In this document: positions 11,613 to 20,000 of the stretch, one piece after another
How the letters are laid out: every line of letters begins with the position of its first letter
How positions within the stretch are numbered: position 1 is the stretch's first letter
Assembly (NCBI GenBank): GCA_049724395.1
Contig: JAUGWO010000120.1
Location: forward strand, 175,824-195,823
From: Spongospora subterranea f. sp. subterranea
Lineage: Eukaryota
Reading direction: 5' to 3'
Length of the DNA stretch: 20,000 bases
The notes under the pieces: generated by a model
What the model was told of the DNA's origin: nothing
What the model saw: the letters and a program-made list of their open reading frames with translations, nothing else
Database searches by the model: none
Translations under genes and position numbers: made by a program

Positions 11613-12602
11613 ATGAGTTCTGATCAACAAGATGAACCCGGGCCCGGCCCATTATCCGGTCTAGGACGGTTCACCTCTGGGTTTGGATGGAACCAAGCCA
11701 CCAATTTCGTAAAGGCATTGGCGACAGATGTCGGTATGTACTGCTCGAGACTTAACCAGATGTCTATTATCGACCCTACATTGTCAGAAATATTTGTCGA
11801 CACATTATCCAATGAAAATAGCGAATTGATTGACGATGTGAAAACGACATCGCTGAATGTTGCCGCTAATATTCGTCAAACTATAGCCGATGTTCACAAA
11901 GGGAATATTTGGGATGCCATAACCCGACACGAACCTGGATTTCAAGAACAGGCAAAATCAACAGTGTCGAAAGGATTAGAAGCTGGAGCTGGTTTAGAAC
12001 AGCACATTTTGCTATTACAGAATGATATATCTACTTATATCGACGTTCGAGAATACTCTTCTGATCGGATTCTGGTTGTTAACGATGGTATTAGGATCCC
12101 GTTTCTTCAGAGTGTAATCCAGATGTGGAAGAACGATTCAGGTGTTTTCGTAAATCGTTTCAGCTTGATGAACAGGTAAACTCAGATATTATGAACTCAT
12201 CTCCTCTTGTAATGGCTTTTTACAATGAGCTAGGTACGAATTTTGAGCTTCGTTGAACGTTCATGGTCTGATCAGTCCAGTTTAGTGCCAGGAAAGGCGT
12301 CCGAGGAACTGTTCTGGATGCGATATAACTTCCGTCTCGCTGAAGCGAAAGGGGAAGCTGCACGTCGAGAGCGTCTTCTGGAAAACATTACCGAGGCCAT
12401 CGATGATAGGTTGCACGATTTGAATCTGACCTGGGCTGAAGACGACCAGGATCATGATGAAAATGAACCAGTTCCTCAGGCAGAATCCCTTCCTGCGACT
12501 GAATCGCCAACATTGTCCGAGACAGCGGCGGAAGAACCCTTGCAGACGATGACCAGTTCTGAAGTCACAACGGATCAAGGAGACTGGGACGATTGGTCGT
12601 GA
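11613..12602 (+). CDS. BSD domain-containing protein (BSDC1/Dos2-like), ~277 aa; exons 11613-11733, 11788-12044, 12095-12233, 12286-12602
   Basis: The spliced product reads …IMNSSPLVMAFYNELVPGKASEELFWMRYNFRL…, matching the BSD signature LVP..V.EE.FW.RYF. Acidic tail ending WDDWS. Three 50-54 nt GT-AG introns keep the frame. Confidence 0.8.
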
Positions 12603-13699
12603 TCAGTGAAATATGGTGCAACCTTATCAGTTCATATCAATATTATTTAGCTAGTCGAGTCCCATTGACAAGCGCCTACTTATTTCGGTCAGAATGTTCA
12701 TTGATGCTATTCAACATCCGTTTGATGGTTCGAGATTTGTAGAGATTCGAAAAGTAATCCATAGTTTCATCCTGAGTACCAACTTAATTTTGCTCTCAGT
12801 GCTGTGTGTTGACTCAAATTTGCCATTCTCAGCAAGTTGATGAAGAGTTGACATCACGTGGCGTTCATCATGGCCAATTTCAGCAGCTCTGACTCTGACA
12901 GAGACCTTGAATTGATTGTTGCTGCTTTGTTGCCTTCTGAATACTTCAACGTTCAAAATTTTGATGATGTTGGACACGACGGTGCCGACGGTTCGTGAAT
13001 ATTTAGCGACAATCCGGTCCACACCTTATCCATCAAACGGTATAGTGACAAAGCTGGTTTCGATCTCATTGTGTCCGAACCCGCGTGTGCTACTTCATTG
13101 CTGGGGACCTGGAGTTTAAACCCTTTTCCATGTCTTTGATGGAGCTCCTGTCAACGTTCTGTTCAATCAGCGCGTCAGTATGATGACTCTGATTAGAGGT
13201 GTCTGATTGAAGAGCAGTCCAGGCAACTGTATGTTAGAAAACAAGAGCCTTAAATAGACTCGACCAACCACTCAGATCATCATATTGTTCGAGTTTTATG
13301 GAAACGGGTGCCAAAATGCACATTGAGTAGATGTGGCACAATATGAAGATCGTCTGTTGTATTCTGCAGCGATATCTTTTGTCCCCTTCTTTCTGCTGCT
13401 GGGTTTGTTAAGGTCGCCACGTATGCCCATCTGATGGGTGTCAAGCGATTCTGTTTAAGCACGTTCCAACCGGTTGAGGGGTCTTTCTTGGATGTCCTTC
13501 ATCATAGACCGCATTCTCGCTCATCATGAGCAGCGTCTCGGGCCGAGGATGCCCTCCACGAATCAAATACATCTGTATTCAATTCGCCAACAAAGAGTGT
13601 AATTAAACTGATAGGGTAAATTGCATATAAATCTTCGTATTTAGCTTTTACGAGGTGAAAACCAGCTGTAGACGCATTGAAAATGGGCCTACAGAATTG

Positions 13700-16600
13700 A
13701 CTTGATCAAAGAGATTCGGAGAAATACGACAAAATACAGCAAGGATGCCTGCGCATGGGGCGTCGCGAAGGACAATTTCGTTGGTTGCAAAATGACTGTC
13801 TACAGAAGACTGAATGTTTCAACAGGTATTCATCCGTTGTATTAAAAACAACGAATGAACTACAACCGTAACACTGTACAAGGGATACCTCCGCATACTC
13901 TGACAGAGACTTAAGTTGGAGCTGGCACGTCGGTAGACACCGGGTTGACTTTCCCTCCAACAAGACTGAAGTTGTGAAAAAAATTGAGGAGATGGCGCCT
14001 GGTCCATCAACTCCGAATTCAACAACAGATAAGAATCTGGTGGAAAAACAGAGACTGATTTGCGGTGACGATGAGGTTTCAGAATACACTGGTCCTGGAG
14101 GAGGTAAAGGAGGCGAAAGCGGACGTCAAGAGATGATGGCGGAGGCAAAGGAGATGATGGAGCACAACGAATCAAGCGCGAGAGCCAGGACATGTTTTTT
14201 CCAAAGAGAAACCTCACAAATAAATGAACAGTACACAAGTTGCCCTTTTTTCAAGTAATTGACTTTGAATAGATCAGCGTTAATTCGGCGCAATGGTAAA
14301 GGTTCGGCCTGTATCAAGGCTGGTGCAAGTCCAAACAATAATTATCGTGCTGGAAGCTCCAGATGCCCGTATAATGCCCCAACATGACTAAATCAGAGAA
14401 CACATACATTGATTCAGTAAAATCCGTTTATGCAATTTGATAAGATTATAATATTTGAGATTATTCACGGCACTTGAGAGAGAATACAATGCAAACTCTT
14501 AATTGATTCTGAGCCGCATCAATTAAGAATGTCGGTTTTGATGTAATATTCTCTGTTTACCAAGACGATCACTATTCACTAATTTGTACACTATTTTCCG
14601 TGGCAAGAACTAATAACCACAGTGCTCCGTTACGTTCTACCGGCACCTGCGCGGACTGCTGGGTGACCCCGTCGTCGGTAAACCCGGCATTGACGTTCAT
14701 TGACTTCATACGTCGTTCGGGATCACTGTATGTCGTTCTGACCCTATCCATTCTGGCTAGAGTCGCTGATTTGAGGACCAATCCGGCAGAAAAATCGGGG
14801 GAAACCGTGACCGATGCCACTTATTTCTACTTCAGACATGGATATTTGCTGACTTCAGCAGTTTACTATGTGCTGTTAAATCTCGGGTTTAACTGTTCAA
14901 CATCACGGGCTCTTTTTTCCTGCCTACTGAATATGATTGTGGCCGCAATCTGTTCACTGCAACTTTCAACTCGCGAACAGGAGCTGCAACGGATTGAGCT
15001 GTGTTTTGATGCAGTCATGGACTTCTCAGAGGCGCAAGGGAACGGATTCATCAAGTCATATGCGACCATCATTGGTTCATTTATGAACACTCATGCTAGT
15101 GGACGAAAACTTTGAGTAAGAGAGCCAACCGGTTCGTTAAGGGATGCTATGTACATTTTCTCAGCTCTGCTGAACGGCTCAACCGCAACTACTCTTTTGT
15201 CGGGAAGAACGATAATGGTGCATTTATGGCAAAAGTTCGAAAGCTCATTCAGGAGCCCGTGATTGAGGTGTTTAATTCGACGTTTCAGGAATTACTGTCA
15301 AAATCCCAACGCCACCAAATGGTTTGAATGGTGGCTTCGTGACGCGGTTGCTAGGCTTATATTTGCATACAAATCGTGCACTGGTCAAGAATTCGAAGAA
15401 ATGCCTGCAGTGATTCGAACCCCCATGCATTTGACATTTTTGTCAGATTGCGGATCGCAAAAATTCGCTTGTGTATTGAATGTCAATCTTGACGATGTTC
15501 TCGGAGTCGTTACGACAAGATTTCGAGGATGTCGCATCTGGCGTAACCGTTCACTACGGGCAAGCTGAACGATGGAAAAGGCAAATCGATAAATACGCCA
15601 GAAAGGCGCCGGTCGTCGTTCGCAATCGGAAACTTGCCAATGATGGGCGAGCCCCTGACACTTCTAAGGAATTAGTTGGCCCGGACAACATAGTAAAAGC
15701 TAAATTAGGTCGCCCCAAAGGAAGTCGTAACATTGATAGAAATGCACTGACTACGTATCAAAGTTATAGCCATGACAATAATACGTGCTACATCACGTCT
15801 TTATTGGAATGTTTATTTGCTTGTTTCCAGGTTTGCCCTGTACGTAGATTGCTCGTTGAATCTGTGCAATTCTAACTCTCAACTCTATGTCACTTAGATG
15901 AATGCAATGCTGTTTTCTGGCTGCTATGAACCTTTTTTGAAAATGATTGGTCATTTTCAACTCAGGTCCGAGGCTTCGTCACATACGAACATTACTGGAC
16001 TGCTCAAATCCGGTCTCAGTCAACTTGTCCAGTTCGTGGTACATGACCGCAAACTTTTCCGTTCAGGACAGTTTGGTAATCCTGCCACCGTTTTTCAAGC
16101 ACTGTTCCAAGTGAATGATCACTCAGATTTCTGTACCTTCCTTCATGTAATATTGTCAACTGATTACTAACGATTCGAATTGCGCCTGATTGTTTTTTTT
16201 TCAGCGATCTCTCTTCTGTGACGCTGGACATGAAAATAGTTACTCTGAAAGGAGTTTGCCTATTATTGTATGTTGATTGGGAAGAGTCTTGTATTGGCGA
16301 TTATTGATGAAATTGTAATCTTCAGGAGATTTCTGCGTTGGTGGTTGCACAACTAGGTGACAATCTTCCCGATATTTTGAATCGGTGGTCAACAACCGGC
16401 ATTGACGACTGGATGCCGATGGGCTGCAATTGCTGCCACCTGAAAGTAATTCACTGCAGAACTAAAGTGAAGTTATCGAACAAGGTGCTATTCATTGAAC
16501 TAGGTATGGATATTGAGAGTGAACAGCTCCGATGTCCTGAAACTATGAGTGTGGATGGTCGTGACTGGCAGTTGATGGGCCGCATTTACTCATCTAAGGA

Positions 16601-16983
16601 CTGGGGCTGCCATTTTTTTGCAATTGTTCGAGCGACGTTCCGCTGAAGGGTTTCTATATCTATGATGACCTCGTCAACAGTGGACGTGCAATGTATCATT
16701 CCCTAAATCTCCCGGAGCAGTGCAACCTGTCAAGATACCTCTTCTACACTCTACAACAGGGAACTGCTGGTAATGTTAACTTGTATCTAATTGACACCGT
16801 TTGTTTTATTCTCCCACAGAAACGGTGGATAACCTGAACAGTTTTGTTGCCGTTACAAAACCAGAGGGGAAGGCCAATACAGCAGTCGTTGCGAAGGTGT
16901 GCAAAGAGACGTTCATGACGTGTTCCAATTGCCTCCAGACGGGCCACACCAGGAGATCAAAATCTTGTCCCAAAAACTTATAA
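13700..16983 (+). mobile_element. Decayed Mutator-like (MULE) transposase gene with AT-hook, USP-like cysteine protease domain and C-terminal zinc knuckle
   Basis: First Asp VTDATY (14813), second Asp VMDFSEAQ (15020), CxxH GCYVHF (15145-15156), WFEWW, NDGRAPDT, AT-hook GRPKG (15708), Cys box NNTCYITSLLECL (15786), His box LMGRIY…GCHFFA (16611), YDD (16661), YLFY, and CSNCLQTGHTRRSKSCP (16921-16971). Multiple frameshifts and stops. The 5' boundary is uncertain and no TIRs were identified. Confidence 0.65.
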
Positions 16984-17384
16984 AATAATTTCAACAACTT
17001 GCAAACGAAAATAATCTGAATCGACGGACGGAGAAGTCGACTGCGATATCAGCCCTTTCATCAAGTTTTGAAAAACGGCATAGAACCGTCCAGAGTGTCC
17101 AGCCTTCTGCAGAGTTTGCCCGATATTTGATTAACTTGTCTAAGCGTTTCAAGTTTCTCGAGTGCCACTTGGACGAGTCTTCGCTAAAGCTGCCACCTCT
17201 TAGGGTCTTTTACACTGTCCTAAACCCCAAGCTGCCACCTCTTAAACCCGTGACCCCAACAACCCATAAACCTGCCAACCTCGTTAAACCTTGGGGGTCC
17301 ACAAACGAGCCAACTGCCAAGGTCGTATTGCTGGACTACGGCCTCCACCAGTCATTTGTATGGCGGGGCCTCTGATTTAATTTG

Positions 17385-17518
17385 AATGATTGAATCCAGT
17401 CTTTTGAACGTCATGACTGGTGATTTGAATCCAGTCTTTTCTGTCCAACAGAAAAGACTGGATTCAAAGACTGGCACGCACTTTTTGATCCAGCTTTTTG
17501 ATCCAGTCTTTTCTAGTG
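17385..17518. mobile_element. CACTA (EnSpm)-type element terminus with subterminal repeats
   Basis: The reverse complement of 17501-17518 reads CACTAGAAAAGACTGGAT. The motif (AT)CCAGTCTTT recurs about six times in both orientations within 130 bp and includes a perfect 21-bp stem (17424-17444 / 17448-17468). The mariner-like coding sequence begins immediately after 17518. Confidence 0.55.
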
Positions 17519-17920
17519 GCCCATATTCAAGTTGATGATTCGGAGTTTTTGAGGGCATGGCGAAAGAAGGCTCTCAATTAGATGTTCGCTTGATATTTCA
17601 ACCTGCAAACAGTCCTGATTTCAACGTTTTGGACCTAGGGTTTTTCCGGGCGATCCAATCCTTGCAGCAGTGCGAGGCACCCAAAGGGATCGACGACCTG
17701 ATCGTCGCGGTGGAAACTCATTCCGAAAGATATCAGCCGGATCCTTGAAAGCTGTAGTCATTACACTGCAGGTGTGTATGCTCGAGTCAATGAACCGAAA
17801 TGGAGGAAACGACTATAAAAATTCTTCACATTGGCAAAGCAAAGCTCAACAGAGAAGATAGACTGCCAATGCAAATTAGGTGTGACCGCAGTCAAATTTA
17901 TCAAGCCTTGAAGTGCCTTG
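17519..17920 (+). pseudogene. C-terminal fragment of a Tc1/mariner transposase (DD39D plant/oomycete-type)
   Basis: HIQVDDSEFLRA…DVRLIFQPANSPDFNVLDLGFFRAIQSLQ…IDDLIVAV…LKAVVITLQVCMLESMNRNGGNDYK, which is characteristic of DD39D mariner C-termini. Frameshifted; the N-terminal part is absent. Confidence 0.85.
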
Positions 17921-18013
17921 AAGGCTTCCTAGGCAATATACGTGGCAATTTTCCTCTTTAAGTCTGAGAATAGACATTGGCAAAATGCAGCGACGCTACA
18001 CTGGTTACAACAT

Positions 18014-18673
18014 TTAGTGTGGGCCACACTATTTACGAACTCTTTTTTCGAGACACCGCACTGCAATTAGTGTGGGCCACACTATTTACGAACTCTTTTT
18101 TCTAGACACCGCACTGCAATTAGTGTGGGCCACACTATTTACGAACTCTTTTTTCGAGAACCGCACTGCAATTAGTGTGGGCCACACTATTTACGAACTC
18201 TTTTTTGAGAACCGCACTGCAATTAGTGTGGGCCACACTATTTACGAACTCTTTTTTCTAGACACCGCACTGCAATTAGTGTGGGCCACACTATTTACGA
18301 ACTCTTTTTTCGAGACACCGCACTGCAATTAGTGTGGGCCACACTATTTACAAACTCTTTTTTCGAGACACCGCACTGCAATTAGTGTGGGCCACACTAT
18401 TTACAAACTCTTTTTTCGAGACACCGCACTGCAATTAGTGTGGGCCACACTATTTACAAACTCTTTTTTCGAGACACCGCACTGCAATTAGTGTGGGCCA
18501 CACTATTTACAAACTCTTTTTTCGAGACACCGCACTGCAATTAGTGTGGGCCACACTATTTACGAACTCTTTTTTCTAGACACCGCACTGCAATTAGTGT
18601 GGGCCACACTATTTACGAACTCTTTTTTCTAGACACCGCACTGCAATTAGTGTGGGCCACACTATTTACGAAC
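18014..18673. repeat. Tandem array of a 53-bp unit, 12 full copies plus a partial copy
   Basis: Unit TTAGTGTGGGCCACACTATTTACGAACTCTTTTTTCGAGACACCGCACTGCAA. Copies start at 18014, 18067, 18120, 18172, 18223, 18276, 18329, 18382, 18435, 18488, 18541, 18594 and 18647. No unique spacers. Confidence 0.98.
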
Positions 18674-18734
18674 CCACACTAATTGATAGGTGGCAGATTT
18701 AGTGTGGGCACATGACGATTTATGTACATGATTA

Positions 18735-19830
18735 GGGCCCGTTTGGATGCCACGGATTTTGATATCCGGATATGGCGGTTTTTTTCATCCAAACAACCAC
18801 ATCAGGGGTCACGGGGTATGTCGTCTCATGTTCCAGGTCAGTGTATACGAATTGGTTGCGATTTGTAATTATCCCCAATGGAAGATCATCATGAACAGAT
18901 TAAAAAATGAATCGTTGGCGTCGTTGCTGCGTATTACGCCAACACATTCTGCGTTAGATCCCCTTGCCGAACCTCAAGGCTCAGCGGAGCCAGTTGGATT
19001 GCCGAGCTTATTCACGGCAATCCAACTCGGATATACGAGAATTTGAGAATGAAAACTTCACTTTTTGTGAATTGGTGAACATACTCACCGATTCGGGGAC
19101 ATTACGTGCAACTAGGCACATGGAAGTATCAGAACAGGTGGCAATTTTTTGTTCACAGTATCACAGAGTGCAAAAAATCGCGAAGCTCAAGAGCAATTTC
19201 AAAGGAGCGGCGAAACGATTAGCATGTTGTTATTATCTGGCTGTTTGTCATACAAATTCCCACCTCATGATTTTAGGGTTCTTCGCAATGTTACTGTTGC
19301 CATTTTCCGAGTGGCTTGCGACTATATAAGGCTACCTGCCAATGATACACCCTTACAAATTCGGCAAAACCCGAAGATGTATCCCTTTTTCCAAATTGCC
19401 GAATGGCATCCGACGGAACGCATATCGCCGCTTTTGTGTCTGCGAAGGAACCTCAACCCTACAGAAACCGGAAGGGATTCCTGAGCCAAAACATATTTGC
19501 GGCTTGCTCGTTTGACCTTTGTTTCACCTACATTCTCGCTGACTGGGAGGGGTCTGCAGCAGATTCAACAGTGCTGTCGGATGCCCGTCTAAAAGGTTTC
19601 ACCACTCCTAAAGGCAAGTTTGATTTGGAAGACGCTGGTTACGCTTTAACGACGGAAGTGATGACCCCTTACCGCGGGGTGCGATATCACCTCCGTGAAT
19701 GGAAGCAGGGCAATATGAGGTCTGTCACATGCGTGTTCTCGTTATCTTTATTAAGATTCACAGGCTCCAGACCGCGAAAGAGTTGTACAACTTGAGACAT
19801 TCACAAATGCGAAATGCAATCGAGAATTTT
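18735..19830 (+). mobile_element. PIF/Harbinger transposon, left end plus decayed DDE_Tnp_4-type transposase
   Basis: TTA (18732-18734) followed by a PIF/Tourist-like TIR GGGCCCGTTTGGATG, with an inverted CATCCAAAC near 18786. Coding remnants from ~18878: PCRTSRLSG..W, EQVAIF, FQRSGETIS, PFF, DGTHI, RNRKGFLSQNI, WEGSAADS, DAGY, PYRGVRYHL, KELYNLRHSQMRNAIE. Several frameshifts; similarity stops near 19830. Confidence 0.92.
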
Positions 19831-20000
19831 CGGGACCTGTTGCTCGATTAGATCCCCCGCGCCACCAGACATCCGTATGACATTGTGCAACACACAGCAC
19901 GCAATGAACAAATGCGCCTGCATTTCAAGAGAAAACTCTGGAGCTTGGACGATTATGGGAAACCTACGCTTCAGTATCCCGAAAATTCTCTCGATTGCAT

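Noticed and set aside
12700..13560. Minus-strand ORF fragments, possibly a decayed gene or Myb/SANT-like transposon ORF
   Set aside because: Interrupted by stops in all frames and no convincing conserved motif.
18072..18332. 86-aa repetitive ORF
   Set aside because: It is a by-product of translating the tandem array.
18014..18673. CRISPR array (palindromic repeats at regular spacing)
   Set aside because: The intervening sequences are near-identical rather than unique spacers, there are no cas genes, and the context is eukaryotic.
19831..20000. Continuation of the Harbinger transposase
   Set aside because: The expected FG.LK.RF motif is absent after RNAIE; the sequence appears unrelated and is too short to assign.

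Overview
Eukaryotic DNA with very short (about 50-60 nt) GT-AG introns and tight gene spacing. This is consistent with a compact protist genome; a plasmodiophorid-like organism is only a guess. The first ~12.6 kb is gene-dense: a spliced, strongly diverged class II photolyase-like gene (891-2605), a minus-strand repeat-motif protein (~3127-4595), a secreted/membrane-anchored KP-43/TagC-type S8 subtilisin (5030-7941), a kinesin (7990-~10.7 kb) and a BSD-domain protein (11613-12602). Three of these genes carry 1-2 nt frame-disrupting insertions that look like assembly errors. The last ~7 kb is a cluster of decayed transposons: a Mutator-like DDE transposase apparently fused to an AT-hook, a USP-type (C19-like) cysteine protease domain and a zinc knuckle; a CACTA terminus abutting a truncated DD39D-type mariner transposase; a 53-bp palindromic tandem array; and a PIF/Harbinger element with its left TIR and TTA flank. 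The most unusual items are the MULE-USP fusion and the photolyase-fold pseudoenzyme candidate. All homology calls are from motif recognition by eye, not database searches.
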